The notes beneath the pieces are model-generated. The model was not told the origin of the DNA. It saw nothing but the letters and a program-made list of their open reading frames with translations, and did not search any database. From an uncultured delta proteobacterium (GTDB taxonomy: Bacteria > Desulfobacterota > Binatia > HRBIN30 > BPIQ01): a stretch of DNA of 64,000 bases. The position numbers and the translations under genes are program-made. This document shows, one piece after another, positions 43,747 to 57,144 of this stretch. How positions within the stretch are numbered: the first letter of the stretch is position 1; every line of letters begins with the position of its first letter. The DNA lies in assembly GCA_963761335.1 (NCBI GenBank), contig CAVXGR010000005.1, positions 408,980 through 472,979 on the forward strand, in the 5' to 3' direction.

Positions 43747-43959
43747 AGGAAGAGTGGGCGAGGCCGCAGAGAGCTTACTCTGAAGGTCGAGCACACATGG
43801 GGTCGGATAGTCAGGGACGATCGGGTGAGCCGCTTGGGCACAGCCGTCCCGCTCGGCGGCTGGGCTTGCCTCCCTGCGGATGCCCCATCATGGTCATTCG
43901 GGCGCAGCGCATCGAGGGAGCGCTCGAGCGATGGGGGCGCGCGCTGCACGACGCGCTGT

Positions 43960-44136
43960 TCACGGCCGAGGAGAACAAACGCCCGCTCTGCGTCTTGCCC
44001 GTCTGGATGGAGTCTCGGCGATATTCACCGGCGAGAGGTACACGGGTTCCTGGCGAGTGATGGCGGCGATGTCTGCTGCTCCAAGCGCGCCGCGTTCGAC
44101 CGCGATCCAGAGACTGGTGTCGATCAGCCAACCCAC
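43960..44136 (-). pseudogene. vapC: 3'-truncated VapC (PIN) toxin remnant
   Basis: hand translation MGWLIDTSLWIAVERG...VYLSPVNIAE, then unrelated sequence and a stop; only 58 aa. Confidence 0.7.
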
Positions 44137-44264
44137 GGATTCTCGAGCTCGGACACGCGACCCTGCCGAGACTTTCTGCCCGTTGAAATGGCGCGAGTGA
44201 GCGCTTCCGCCGTCTCGTCATCGAGGGTCCGGAACAGATCGCCGAAGACTTCGAGAGACCCCAA
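44124..44264 (-). pseudogene. 5'-truncated antitoxin remnant overlapping the vapC start
   Basis: hand translation LEVFGDLFRTLDDETAEALTRAI...ELENPWVG-stop overlapping the vapC GTG; no N-terminal domain. Confidence 0.5.
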
Positions 44265-44356
44265 TTCCGGCCGAGAACTCCGGTGGCGACCGGTTCTGCC
44301 ATGATGGAACCCCGACTGAGACCCCGACCGAGCAGCGGATGAGGGCTGTCGTCAAC

Positions 44357-44400
44357 GAAAAGGGAACCTCGAAAAGGGAACCTCGTGAAAAGGGAACCCC
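44357..44400 (+). repeat. three tandem copies of GAAAAGGGAACC(TC)
   Basis: directly visible. Confidence 0.8.
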
Positions 44401-44548
44401 CTGCGGGGCGCTGATCTGGGCCAATCGGAACCCGGTCCCCGGGTTAACACCCGGGGCTACATGCCTGCGCCCCTCCGGGGCGATAAGCCTCCACGCCAAG
44501 CGCCGATGCTCCGCCAGAGCCTCCGGGGCGATAAGCCTCCACGCCAAC
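44397..44548 (+). repeat. REP/MITE-like half element with tandem unit, matching 36846-37030
   Basis: near-identical sequence. Confidence 0.85.
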
Positions 44549-44675
44549 CACCTCGGGCCCGGGCGCCGCACGGGCGTGGGTGGGGCAAAGCCCCGCCCAC
44601 TGAGCTGCCGGGCCACCGAGGTACTGAGAAACCCGACCTTGATGGCCGCGCCGATTCATGGTCTAGCCTGAGAGA

Positions 44676-46811
44676 ATGGCCGACAGTCTCGAATCGGGCT
44701 TTGCCGCGCTCTCCGTCGACCCCGCGATCCGCGAGCCGGCGCTCGCCAGCCTGCGCCGCTGGCTGACCGACGATGAGTTCGTCGCCTACCGCCCGCAGCT
44801 CGAGCGCATGGTCGAGAAGGGTCGCTGGGACTTCCTGCTCGATTCGTTCTATCGCACCATCCCCTTTGGCACCGGCGGCCGGCGCGGCCCGGTGGGCATC
44901 GGCACCAACCGCATCAACAGCTACACCATCGCCACCTCGGTGCAGGGACATGTGGACTACCTGCGGCGGACGCTGGGCAGCGGCCGCCTGCGCGTTGTCG
45001 TCGCCTTCGACTCGCGCATCTTCAAGGATCTGCGCCAGCTCTACGATCCCGATCTCCCCAATCCGCTGCTGGGTATGCGCTCGCGAGACTTCGCCCGTCT
45101 GGCCGCCGGCGTCTACGCCGCGAATGATGTCGAGGTGGTCACCGTCCCCGGCGACGAGCTGCTGATCTCCACGCCGGAGCTGTCCTTCGCCATTCGCCAC
45201 ATCGGCGCCGCCGGCGGCCTGAACGTCTCCGCCTCGCACAATCACCCCGACGACAGCGGCGCCAAGTTCTACACCGACTACGGCGGCCAGCCGATCGCGC
45301 CGCATGACGAGAACATGGCCCAGGCCGTCGCCGCGGTCGAGCGCGTCGAGTCGATCCCCTTCGAGCAGGCTCTGGAGCGCGGCCTGGTGCGCTGGTGGGG
45401 CGAGGACAAGCACGCCGCCTATCTGCAGGCGAGCCTGGACCGCTCGCTCGACCCCACCGCCCGCGACGCCACCATCGTCTACAGCCCCTTGCACGGCACC
45501 GGTCGTCACACGGTGTACGACGTGCTGCTGAAGGCGGGGTTCTCGGTATCCCTGGTGGCGAGCCAGGCGTCGGCCGACGGCGAGTTCCCGGCGGTGAAGT
45601 ACCGGATCCCCAACCCCGAGGTGCCGGAGGCGATGGAGGCGGCGACGGCGCAGGCACTGGCGAGCGGCGCCGACGCCGCCATGGCCAGCGACCCCGACGC
45701 CGACCGCATCGGGCTGGTGGCGACCTCCGGCGGCGCCAGCCGCTTCATGAGCGGCAACGAGATCGGCGTGCTGCTGACCGCCTACATCATCGAGAGCCGC
45801 GCCGCCGCCAAGACGCTGCCGGCGCACGCCTTCGTGGTGAAGACCGGGGTCACCACCGAGCTCATCTCGGAGATCGCCCGGCGCCACGGAGTCGCGGTGA
45901 TCGGCGAGCTGCTCGTCGGCTTCAAGTACGTCGCCGCGGTCCTCGAGGCGATGCGCAAGCAGGGGCGATACCAGGACGTCGAGGGGACGCCGGACGACTT
46001 TCTCATCGGCGTCGAGGAGAGCCACGGCATCCTGGTATCTCCGGAGATGCGCGACAAGGACGCCGCCGGCGCCGCCCTGCTGCTGGCCGAGCTGATCGCC
46101 AGCCTGAAGCGGCGCGGCTGGACGGTGGTGGACTATCTCGACGCCATTCACCACCGCTACGGCTACTACGCCGCCTCGTCCTACTCCCTCATCATGGAGG
46201 GAATCGTCGGCCTGCAGAAGATCGAGCAGGTGATGGATGCCCTGCGCCGCAACCCGCCGGCGGAGATCCTCGGCCGCCGCGTGGTGCGCCGCACCGACTA
46301 CTGGGACGAGGCTGCCTTCGGCCCGATCCTCTCCTCCACCGACCGCGCCTCTCGCAACGTCGTCGTTTTCCATCTCGAACGCGGCTTCAAGGTGACGGCG
46401 CGACCCTCGGGGACCGAGCCGAAGCTCAAAGCCTATGTGGAGGGCGGCGGTCCGGACGCCGGCGGCACCGAGATCGAGATCCGCCAGGCGGTGGAAGACG
46501 TGAATCTGGCCGTGGCGCAGCACCTGCTTTCCTATCTGAAGATCCGCCTGTCGGCTCCGGCGCTGCAGCTGTCGTCGCTGGTCTCCGTGGAGAACCGCAT
46601 CGACTTCGGCGAGCGGTTTCTTCCGGAGCTGCGCCAGCGCCTGCAGTCCGGTGTCGGCGGAACCGCTCTGGAGCAGTGGGTGGAGGAGCGCCTCGGGGCC
46701 TACGGCAAGGACCCGCGTTTCCTGGTGGGGCCCGGCATCCGCGCCGTGCTTGCCGAAGAGGGCTTCGAGCCGCACGCCTCGGAGCTGCGCAAGGTCTTCT
46801 CGCTGTCCTGA
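44676..46811 (+). CDS. pgm: phosphoglucomutase/phosphomannomutase family protein
   Basis: [38 protein letters not shown]. Confidence 0.92.
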   Translation: MADSLESGFAALSVDPAIREPALASLRRWLTDDEFVAYRPQLERMVEKGRWDFLLDSFYRTIPFGTGGRRGPVGIGTNRINSYTIATSVQGHVDYLRRTLGSGRLRVVVAFDSRIFKDLRQLYDPDLPNPLLGMRSRDFARLAAGVYAANDVEVVTVPGDELLISTPELSFAIRHIGAAGGLNVSASHNHPDDSGAKFYTDYGGQPIAPHDENMAQAVAAVERVESIPFEQALERGLVRWWGEDKHAAYLQASLDRSLDPTARDATIVYSPLHGTGRHTVYDVLLKAGFSVSLVASQASADGEFPAVKYRIPNPEVPEAMEAATAQALASGADAAMASDPDADRIGLVATSGGASRFMSGNEIGVLLTAYIIESRAAAKTLPAHAFVVKTGVTTELISEIARRHGVAVIGELLVGFKYVAAVLEAMRKQGRYQDVEGTPDDFLIGVEESHGILVSPEMRDKDAAGAALLLAELIASLKRRGWTVVDYLDAIHHRYGYYAASSYSLIMEGIVGLQKIEQVMDALRRNPPAEILGRRVVRRTDYWDEAAFGPILSSTDRASRNVVVFHLERGFKVTARPSGTEPKLKAYVEGGGPDAGGTEIEIRQAVEDVNLAVAQHLLSYLKIRLSAPALQLSSLVSVENRIDFGERFLPELRQRLQSGVGGTALEQWVEERLGAYGKDPRFLVGPGIRAVLAEEGFEPHASELRKVFSLS

Positions 46812-46831
46812 GGGAAGGGTCGGGAGAAGGC

Positions 46832-48115
46832 GTGGCCGGACGGCCGTATCGAATCGTTTGCATCGGAGGGGGAACCGGTCTCCCTGTCGTGCTGCGCGGC
46901 CTGCGCGAATACCGGCAGGCACGGCGCCGCGGCTGGGAGCGTCTGGAGCTGCCGCTGGTCACGGCGATCGTGTCGTTCTCCGACGACGGCGGCAGCTCCG
47001 GCCGCCTGGTGCGCGAGTACGACACGTTGCCGCCCGGCGATTTGCGCAACTGCCTGCTGGCCCTGGCCGACCAGAAGCTGGTGCCGCTGATGACGCAGTT
47101 CTTCAATCACCGCTTCAGCCCCAGCGAAGGCGACACACTCGCCGGGCACAGCGCCGGCAATCTGCTGATCGTCGCTCTGGCGCAGCTCCACGAAGGGGAC
47201 GTGCGCAAGGCGATCCTCGACGTCAGCCGCCTCCTCGGCATCGAGGGCAAGATCATGTTTCCGACGCTGGCGCCGGCGGTGCTGTGCGCCGAGCTGACGG
47301 ACGGCACCGTGGTCGTCGGCGAGTCGAGCATCCCGACGCGAAGCAATCCCCATCCCATTGCCCGCGTCTTTCTGGCGGCGCGCTCCAATCCCGATCCGCG
47401 CCCGCAGGAGGCTCTGCCGCTGCCGGCCATGCCGGATGCCATCAAGGCGATCGCCGAGGCCGACGCCATCATCCTCGGCCCGGGGAGCCTCTACACCAGC
47501 GTCATCTCCAACCTTCTGGTTCCGGAGGTGTCGGCGGCGGTGCGCCGCGCCCACGGCATCAAGATCTACGTCGCCAACCTGATGACCGAGCCCGGCGAGA
47601 CCGACGACTTCTCCGTCTCGCGGCATCTCGAGGCGATCCGCGAGCAGGGCGACATCGAGATGGACTGCGTCATCGCCAACAAGGCGCCGATCCATCCCAT
47701 GTACACGCGGCAGTACATCGCCGAGCGCCTGCAGCGCGAGCTCGACATCGTCCAGCGGCTGATCGAGGACAGCGGCCACGGCGGACGGAAGGCGGGTGAC
47801 GACGCCTTTCTGCAGCGGGTGGCGCGTATGCAGCTCCTGCTGAACGGCCTGAGCCGCCCCGAGTCCGACCGCGGCCAGGTGCTCTTTCGCGCCGACAGCG
47901 ACGCGCTCGGGCACACGCGAGTGGTGGAGATCGACGCCGTGCGGGAGGAGCAGATCCGCGACCGCAATGGCGTGAAGACCGTCCTGCGACACGATCCCGA
48001 GCGCCTCATCGGCGCCATCCTGCAGATCATCGAGGATGCCGATGCGCCGCGCCGGGGGGAGCGGGCCGCGGAGCGCCGGTCGGCGCCGCCGGCGCGGCGC
48101 GCGGCGAAGCGTTGA
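46832..48115 (+). CDS. yvcK: YvcK/GlmR/CuvA family (UPF0052) protein
   Basis: [52 protein letters not shown]. Confidence 0.9.
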   Translation: MAGRPYRIVCIGGGTGLPVVLRGLREYRQARRRGWERLELPLVTAIVSFSDDGGSSGRLVREYDTLPPGDLRNCLLALADQKLVPLMTQFFNHRFSPSEGDTLAGHSAGNLLIVALAQLHEGDVRKAILDVSRLLGIEGKIMFPTLAPAVLCAELTDGTVVVGESSIPTRSNPHPIARVFLAARSNPDPRPQEALPLPAMPDAIKAIAEADAIILGPGSLYTSVISNLLVPEVSAAVRRAHGIKIYVANLMTEPGETDDFSVSRHLEAIREQGDIEMDCVIANKAPIHPMYTRQYIAERLQRELDIVQRLIEDSGHGGRKAGDDAFLQRVARMQLLLNGLSRPESDRGQVLFRADSDALGHTRVVEIDAVREEQIRDRNGVKTVLRHDPERLIGAILQIIEDADAPRRGERAAERRSAPPARRAAKR

Positions 48116-48119
48116 AGAG

Positions 48120-50963
<2,844 letters not shown>

Positions 50964-51121
50964 GGCGGGGTGTTGAGGTGTTGGGTGCTGGGGGCGAGGC
51001 TCCTGTGTTCTCCATCCTCATTCCCGGTTCTCATCCCGTCGTTTTCCATTCGCCCTGACTGCCGCGAGCACTGCTGCCCGTTGGACGTTGGACGAACGAT
51101 CATGGCCTTGGGTTTCCCAAA

Positions 51122-51171
51122 GTAGAAGCGCCGTCTCGGCGCTTTCCGAAGCGGCGAGACGCCGCTTCTAC
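51122..51171 (+). repeat. single GTAG REP doublet
   Basis: matches the unit of the 3569-4041 array. Confidence 0.9.
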
Positions 51172-51182
51172 TCTGCGTGTGT

Positions 51183-51216
51183 TTGACAAGGATGTGATCC
51201 TTGCTCTACCAAGGAT
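51183..51216 (+). promoter_or_regulatory. toxin-antitoxin promoter and autoregulatory operator
   Basis: TTGACA overlapped by CAAGGAT-gtg-ATCCTTG-ctctac-CAAGGAT alternating half sites. Confidence 0.65.
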
Positions 51217-51218
51217 GA

Positions 51219-51518
51219 ATGGCGAAGGTGACGAGCAAGCTGCAAGTGACCGTTCCCAAGGTCATCGCCGAGCAGTACGGCATTCGGCCCGGCGATGACA
51301 TCGAATGGATCCCGGCAGGTGACGGGGTTCGTGTTCGCAAGATGACGCCCCGCCGGCAGAAACGGGCCGGAAACGCAGTCGCCCGGCGCCTCGAGCTATT
51401 TGACGCGGCGACGAGTCGCCAAGCGGCACGCGAGACGAAAGCAGAGCGGAAGCCCCCACGGGCAGGCGGGCGGGGCTGGCGACGGGAAGACCTTTACGAC
51501 CGTGGCGGCCCTCGTTGA
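51219..51518 (+). CDS. vapB: AbrB/MazE-family antitoxin (VapB)
   Basis: MAKVTSKLQVTVPK..GIRPGD; WRREDLY C-terminus; overlaps the PIN gene. Confidence 0.9.
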   Translation: MAKVTSKLQVTVPKVIAEQYGIRPGDDIEWIPAGDGVRVRKMTPRRQKRAGNAVARRLELFDAATSRQAARETKAERKPPRAGGRGWRREDLYDRGGPR

Positions 51519-51933
51519 TACGAACGTCCTGGTCTATCGCTTCGACCCGCGATTCCCCGTGAAGCAACGGCGCGCCACGGAGTTGCTTCGCCGGGGCATT
51601 GCCGAGAGCTCGCTGCGGGTGCCGCACCAGGCGATCGTCGAGTTTGTCGCGGCCGTCAGCCGGCCGCTTTTCGGTGGCGAGCCACTCCTGCCGCCGGAGG
51701 AGGCTCGGCGCGAAGCGGAGGAGCTCCTGAGCGAGTTCGAAATCCTCTACCCGAACGACGCGCTCGTGCGGACCGCTCTGCGGGGAGCCGCAGCCTATCA
51801 GCTGTCGTGGTTCGATGCGCACCTTTGGGCGTATGCTGAGCACTACGGACTGGACGAAATCTGGAGCGAGGATTTCGCCGATGGACGTCTCTACGGCACG
51901 GTGCGCATCCTGAACCCTTTTCGCGATCAGTAA
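51502..51933 (+). CDS. vapC: PIN domain toxin (VapC)
   Basis: LVDTNVLVY, QAIVEF, LSWFDA, WSEDF, NPF. Confidence 0.92.
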   Translation: MAALVDTNVLVYRFDPRFPVKQRRATELLRRGIAESSLRVPHQAIVEFVAAVSRPLFGGEPLLPPEEARREAEELLSEFEILYPNDALVRTALRGAAAYQLSWFDAHLWAYAEHYGLDEIWSEDFADGRLYGTVRILNPFRDQ

Positions 51934-52026
51934 CGCCAGGTTGCTGCGATACGCTCCACGCCAAGCGCCGTGGCTCCCCCACTGCTCTCATTGCAGCAGC
52001 GCCGCATTTCTGCTCTGATACCTTTC

Positions 52027-52076
52027 TTGACATCATCGGGTGCTCCCGATAGAAAGTGGACCAGTTAGGTCTTTGT
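52027..52076 (+). promoter_or_regulatory. iscS promoter with candidate Rrf2/IscR-type operator
   Basis: TTGACA-17 nt-TAGAAA followed by AAAGTGGACC-AGTTA-GGTCTTT dyad. Confidence 0.5.
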
Positions 52077-52122
52077 TTTTGGCGCTGATTTGAGCGCTTA
52101 CTGCACGTCTCTCGACACCGCA

Positions 52123-53340
52123 ATGGATCGGGTCGTCTACATGGATTGCCACGCGACCACGCCCGTGGACCAGCGGGTTCTGGACGCGATGTTGCCGTAT
52201 TTCCGCGAGAAATTCGGCAATGCCTCGAGCCGCAACCACGCCTATGGGTGGGAGGCGGAGGAGGCTGTCGACCGCGCCCGCGAGCAGGTGGCGGGGTTGA
52301 TCGGGGCGAAGCCACGGGAAGTGATATTCACGAGCGGCGCGACTGAGTCCGACAACCTGGCCATCAAGGGCGTCGTCGAGTTCTACCGCGACAAGGGCGA
52401 TCACGTGATCACCGCGGCGACCGAGCACAAGGCGGTGCTCGATACGTGCAAGCGCCTCGAGAAGCAGGGGCGGGCGCGAGTGACCTATCTTTCCGTGGAC
52501 AGGCACGGCCTGGTGGATATCGACGAGGTGCGCAAGGCGATCACCGAGCGCACCGTGCTGATCAGCATCATGCACGCCAACAACGAGATCGGCACAATTG
52601 CCCCCATCGGCGAGATCGGGCAGCTGGCTCGCAGCCGCGGCGTGCTCTTCCACACCGACGCGGCGCAGTCGGCCGGCAAGGTGCCGATCGACGTCGAGCG
52701 CATGGGCATCGATCTCCTCTCTCTGTCGGCGCACAAGATGTACGGGCCCAAAGGAGTTGGGGCCCTCTACGTGCGCTCGACGAGGCCGCGGGTGCGCCTG
52801 GCGCCGATCATCGACGGCGGCGGCCACGAGCGCGGCATGCGCAGCGGCACCCTCAATGTCCCCGGCATCGTCGGCCTCGGCGCCGCCTGCGCCCTCTGCC
52901 AGGCGGAGATGCCGGCGGAGCAGCCGCGCCTGCGGGCGCTGCGCGACAGGCTGCGCCAGGGAATCGAGAGCCGGCTCGAGGACGTGACCCTCAACGGCCA
53001 CCCGAGCGAGCGCCTGGCTGGAAACCTGAACCTGAGCTTTCCCTACGTCGAGGGCGAGTCGCTGCTTCTCGGGCTGAGCGACGTCGCCGTCTCCTCCGGG
53101 TCGGCGTGCACCTCCGCCACCCTGGAGCCCTCGTACGTGCTGCGCGCCATTGGCGTCGCCGAAGAGGTGGCGCACACCTCGATTCGCTTCGGTCTCGGGC
53201 GTTTCAATACCGAGGAGGAGGTCGACTACGCAGTCGATCGCATCGTCGCCGAGGTCGAGCGGCTGCGGCGCCTTTCGCCGCATTATCGCATGTCCCGCGA
53301 GCGCCGCGGCGAGATCCGTGATAATGCAGTGGGGGAGTGA
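52123..53340 (+). CDS. iscS: cysteine desulfurase
   Basis: [40 protein letters not shown]. Confidence 0.96.
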   Translation: MDRVVYMDCHATTPVDQRVLDAMLPYFREKFGNASSRNHAYGWEAEEAVDRAREQVAGLIGAKPREVIFTSGATESDNLAIKGVVEFYRDKGDHVITAATEHKAVLDTCKRLEKQGRARVTYLSVDRHGLVDIDEVRKAITERTVLISIMHANNEIGTIAPIGEIGQLARSRGVLFHTDAAQSAGKVPIDVERMGIDLLSLSAHKMYGPKGVGALYVRSTRPRVRLAPIIDGGGHERGMRSGTLNVPGIVGLGAACALCQAEMPAEQPRLRALRDRLRQGIESRLEDVTLNGHPSERLAGNLNLSFPYVEGESLLLGLSDVAVSSGSACTSATLEPSYVLRAIGVAEEVAHTSIRFGLGRFNTEEEVDYAVDRIVAEVERLRRLSPHYRMSRERRGEIRDNAVGE

Positions 53341-53663
53341 GAGCTGTGGCCATCGTCCTTTCTGAACCGGCGGCAATGAAGATCCGCGATCTGGTGGGCG
53401 CGGACGACGGGCGCGGCCTGCGCGTCAAGGTCGTCGGCGGCGGCTGCTCCGGGCTGACCTACAAAATGGATCTCGATCTGCCCAAGCAAGGTGACCGAAT
53501 CTTCGAGCGCAGCGGCGCCAAGGTGATCGTCGATCGCAAGAGCTTTCTCTATCTGAACGGTACCGAGCTGACCTACGACGAGGGGCTGATGCAGTCCGGG
53601 TTCAATCTCAAGAACCCCAATGTCAAGAAGACGTGCGGCTGCGGAGCGTCTTTCTCCGTGTAG
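53337..53663 (+). CDS. iscA: A-type Fe-S carrier (HesB/IscA)
   Basis: GGGCSG and CGCGASF. Confidence 0.95.
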   Translation: MRAVAIVLSEPAAMKIRDLVGADDGRGLRVKVVGGGCSGLTYKMDLDLPKQGDRIFERSGAKVIVDRKSFLYLNGTELTYDEGLMQSGFNLKNPNVKKTCGCGASFSV

Positions 53664-53794
53664 CCCAACAAACCTTCGAAAACGTCGATCCGTCCCCTCT
53701 TTTTGGGGCCCGCCCTGCGAAGCCTTTGGCAGAGCAGGGTGAATAGGGCGGGGCTGCCACCCGTCTAATACGTCAAAGAAACCGAGGAGTTCTG

Positions 53795-54220
53795 ATGCGA
53801 GACAACAGCGTTGGTGAGGGGTATCCTCAGCTATTTCAACCAGATACGCTCCTACCGTCGCAGTACTTTGCGGCGCTCAGGCGCAAGGGCCGGCAGGAGC
53901 CGGAGCGGCACCTGATCATCGCCATCCTACAGGACGCAGTCGAGTGTTATCAGAAGCACCTGTACGCCCGCGACCATAAGGCACGCCAGCTGTTTGCCGA
54001 TGCCGAAGAGTGGATCATGTCCGAGGAGCGGGAGTACTTCTTCGCCTTCGAGAACGTCTGCGAGCTGCTCGAGATCAATCCGACCTTTCTCCGGCGTGGC
54101 CTGCTGGCCTGGCGTGAGCGCCAGTTCGTCCGCCGCGGCCGGCCGAAGATCTACTCGATGCCGAACCGCCGCGACAACGTGATCTCGGAGGGCGAGCCCC
54201 TGCGCCACGCCGCCCAGTAG
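53795..54220 (+). CDS. hypothetical protein
   Basis: GAGGAG RBS; LFQPDTLLPSQYF..PER.L..AIL.DAV..AEEWI..FAFENVC. Confidence 0.85.
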   Translation: MRDNSVGEGYPQLFQPDTLLPSQYFAALRRKGRQEPERHLIIAILQDAVECYQKHLYARDHKARQLFADAEEWIMSEEREYFFAFENVCELLEINPTFLRRGLLAWRERQFVRRGRPKIYSMPNRRDNVISEGEPLRHAAQ

Positions 54221-54284
54221 CGCCGCCGCGGCGCTCTCCCATCGACAATCTTCCTCGGCCTCGGCTGAGCTGGTAAGAGGGGCC

Positions 54285-55961
54285 ATGGGCAGTTCCCTGC
54301 TCCGCGGAGCACTGGTCCTGTGGCTCCTCTTCACCGGCTTCCTGGCGCGGCTCTTCGGTCGCCACAAGGAATACGCCGTCGTCAAGGTCGCCATCAGCGG
54401 CGATCTCTCCGAGCAGCCCGCGGATCGCCGCTTGTTCTCCCGCTTTCGCCACGGCGGCGAGGACTTTCTGTCTCTCGTCAACCTGTTGCGCTGGGCGCGG
54501 GAGGACGAGAGGGTCCGCGGAATCCTCGTCTCGCTCGAGGATACGCGCGCCGGCTGGGCCCGCCTCCAGGAAATTCGGCGCTCCCTGCTCGCCGTGCGCG
54601 CCGCCGGCAAGCGCGTGTGGGTGCACTTTGCCCACGCCGGCCTGCGTGAGTACTTCGTCGCCAGCGCCGCCGACCGGGTGTGGATGAACTCCGCCGGCAC
54701 CCTCGAGGTCGCCGGCCTGTCGGCCGAGGCGACCTTCTTCCTCGGCGCCCTGGAAAAGCTCGGGGTCGAGGCCGAGGTCGTCCAGGTTGGACGCTACAAG
54801 AGCGCCGTCGAGCCGTTCACGCTGCGCTCGATGTCGCCCGAGCACCGGGAGATGATGGAGTCGATCGTCGACGATCTCTACTCCCAGGTCGCGGAGGCGG
54901 TCGCCGATGGCCGCCACATGACCGCCGGCGAGGCGCGCGAGCTGCTCGGCCGGGGCCCCTTCCTCTCCCGCGAGGCGCTCGAATCCCGCCTGGTGGATCG
55001 CTGCGGCTACCTCGACGAGGCCGAGGACGAGATGCGCGCCGAGTGCGGCGCCATCATCGAGAAGGCCGACTACCGGCGCCAGCGCGGCCGCCAGATCCGC
55101 CGCCGCGTCCTCCGCGGCCGCTCGGGATCGGTCGCCGTGCTCTGTGTCAGCGGCACGGTGAAGAGCGGCGAGAGCGTCCCTGGGCTGGACCTCGCCAGCG
55201 CCGCCGGCGCCACCACCATCTGCGCCGAGCTCAAGCGCTTGGAGGAACGCCCAGGCGTCGCCGCCGTGGTTCTGCGCATCTCCAGCCCTGGGGGCTCGGG
55301 CCTGGCCTCCGATCTCATCTGGCGCGCCGTGGGTCGGCTGCGCAGCCGCAAACCGGTGGTGGTCTCCATGGGAGACGTGGCTGCCTCCGGCGGTTACTAC
55401 ATCGCCGCGGCTGGCGCGCCGGTGCTCGCCGAAGGCGGTACACTCACCGGCTCCATCGGCGTCATCGCCGGCAAGGCCAACCTGCGCGCTCTCTACGGCA
55501 AGCTCGGCATCACCAAGGAGACGGTGAGCCGCGGCCAGCACGCCGCCATCTTTTCGGACTATCTGCCCCTGGGAGACGAGGAGCGCCGCCGCCTCGAGGT
55601 GGAGGCGCGCGGATTTTACGACGACTTTCTCGGCAAGGTGGCCGACGGCCGTCGTCTCAGCGCCGCCGCGGTCGCCGAGGTCGCGGAGGGGCGTGTCTGG
55701 ACAGGGCGCCAGGCGCTGGAGCGCCGCCTCGTGGACCGCCTCGGTGGCCTCGAGGACGCCATCGGCGAGGCGAAGGTGCTCGCGGGTATTCCCCGCGACC
55801 AGCCGGTGGTGGTCGAGAGGCTGCCGCGGCAGCCGCGGCTCTGGCGTTTCACCATGAATCTCCTGCCCGGCGAGATCGCCCCGCACGCGGCTGCTTGGCT
55901 TTCCTTCACCTGGCGCGAGCGCCTGTGGGCCGTGCTCCCCTTCGACATTCGCTTCTTCTGA
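54285..55961 (+). CDS. sppA: signal peptide peptidase SppA (long two-domain form)
   Basis: GRYKSA (Lys), SPGGS, VAASGGY (Ser), TGSIGV, GRVWTG. Confidence 0.93.
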   Translation: MGSSLLRGALVLWLLFTGFLARLFGRHKEYAVVKVAISGDLSEQPADRRLFSRFRHGGEDFLSLVNLLRWAREDERVRGILVSLEDTRAGWARLQEIRRSLLAVRAAGKRVWVHFAHAGLREYFVASAADRVWMNSAGTLEVAGLSAEATFFLGALEKLGVEAEVVQVGRYKSAVEPFTLRSMSPEHREMMESIVDDLYSQVAEAVADGRHMTAGEARELLGRGPFLSREALESRLVDRCGYLDEAEDEMRAECGAIIEKADYRRQRGRQIRRRVLRGRSGSVAVLCVSGTVKSGESVPGLDLASAAGATTICAELKRLEERPGVAAVVLRISSPGGSGLASDLIWRAVGRLRSRKPVVVSMGDVAASGGYYIAAAGAPVLAEGGTLTGSIGVIAGKANLRALYGKLGITKETVSRGQHAAIFSDYLPLGDEERRRLEVEARGFYDDFLGKVADGRRLSAAAVAEVAEGRVWTGRQALERRLVDRLGGLEDAIGEAKVLAGIPRDQPVVVERLPRQPRLWRFTMNLLPGEIAPHAAAWLSFTWRERLWAVLPFDIRFF

Positions 55962-55963
55962 AC

Positions 55964-56242
55964 ATGCCCTTGCAGCAGCGCATCGATTGTCCCGAGTGCC
56001 ACCAGCCGCTGGTGCGCAAGCCCGGCGGCCGCTGCCCGAGCTGTGGCGCCGACGTGCGCCAGCACGTGCAGGAGGAACGCGAGAAGGAGTCCCGCGTCGA
56101 TCGCGTGGTCGCCGTGGTCAGCACGGTGCTGGTGCTGGCGACCTTCCTCGCCATCGGCGGCGTGCAGGTCTTCGAGGGGATCGCCGCCTATGCCCTCGTC
56201 GGCGCGGCGGTGTGGTGGTTCGCCAAGCGGACGTTTTGGTAG
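55964..56242 (+). CDS. small zinc-ribbon membrane protein
   Basis: CPEC...CPSC followed by two TM helices. Confidence 0.75.
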   Translation: MPLQQRIDCPECHQPLVRKPGGRCPSCGADVRQHVQEEREKESRVDRVVAVVSTVLVLATFLAIGGVQVFEGIAAYALVGAAVWWFAKRTFW

Positions 56243-56394
56243 AGGGGACGGCGCTCCCAGGCCGGTCTCCCTCGTCGCCGGTTTGACAAGTTGCTGTGGG
56301 TCCGAGTAAGCGACGCCCGTTGCGCGAGCTGCTGGTCGCGGAGCAGATCGGCTCGATCCGCCGAGCCGACGTTGAAACCTGAGGAGAGGTGGCC

Positions 56395-57144
56395 ATGAAC
56401 GTCGTCGAGTCGCTGTTTCGGTGGTTCCATGTCCTGGCGGGGATTCTTTGGATCGGCCTGCTCTACTTCTTCAACTGGGTCAACTCGGCTTTCGCTCCGA
56501 CCATGGACGCCGAGACCAAGAAGAAGGTCGTGCCCGAGCTCCTGCCGCGGGCGCTCTTCTGGTTTCGAATGGGCGCCGCGCTGACCTGGGTGACCGGCAT
56601 CTTCCTGCTGACGATCATCTACTACCACGGCAAGCAGATGTGGCCCGGGCAGGTCTCCGACTGGGGGCCCGCCGCCTTCATCATGCTGGCTGTCGTGTTC
56701 CTAGGGGTCTTTGTCTACGACTTGCTCTACAAGATGGTCCTCACCGATCCGCAGGCCGGCTTCTGGGGCGGATGGGTGCTGGCGACGGTGGTCGTCTTCC
56801 TGCTCGACTACTGGGCCGGGCTCTCCTACCGCGGCTACGCCATCCACCTGGGGGCGATGTTCGGCACGATCATGGCCTTCAACGTCTGGTTCCGCATCTG
56901 GCCGGCGCAGAGGAAGATCATCACCGCCACCAAGAACGGCGAGGCACCCGACCCGGGCCTGGTGGCGCTGGCGGGGCTGCGCTCCAAGCACAACACCTAC
57001 ATGTCCGTGCCCCTGGTGTTCCTGATGATCAGCCAGCACGCCACCTGGGCATCCAACCCGATCTACCTGTCGATCATCGTGCTGGTCGGCTGGGCCATCA
57101 CCCATCACCTGTACACCCAGGCGAAGAAGGTGAAGGGCTTCTAG
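56395..57144 (+). CDS. puuD: PuuD-like (Urate_ox_N) membrane protein without cytochrome c domain
   Basis: RWFHVLAGILWIGLLYFFN, LFWFR, GTIMAFNVWF.IWPAQ, RSKHNTY.SVP. Confidence 0.82.
   Translation: MNVVESLFRWFHVLAGILWIGLLYFFNWVNSAFAPTMDAETKKKVVPELLPRALFWFRMGAALTWVTGIFLLTIIYYHGKQMWPGQVSDWGPAAFIMLAVVFLGVFVYDLLYKMVLTDPQAGFWGGWVLATVVVFLLDYWAGLSYRGYAIHLGAMFGTIMAFNVWFRIWPAQRKIITATKNGEAPDPGLVALAGLRSKHNTYMSVPLVFLMISQHATWASNPIYLSIIVLVGWAITHHLYTQAKKVKGF

Noticed and set aside
53700..53760. Possible structured ncRNA between iscA and the next gene
   Set aside because: A GC stem is possible but no known RNA motif is recognised
53314..53818. IscS C-terminus IRDNAVGE resembles MRDNSVGE at the start of the 53795 gene; an alternative frame gives an IscS-like MQW ending
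   Set aside because: Too short to separate from chance, DNA is dissimilar, and the iscS-iscA GTGA overlap supports the present frame
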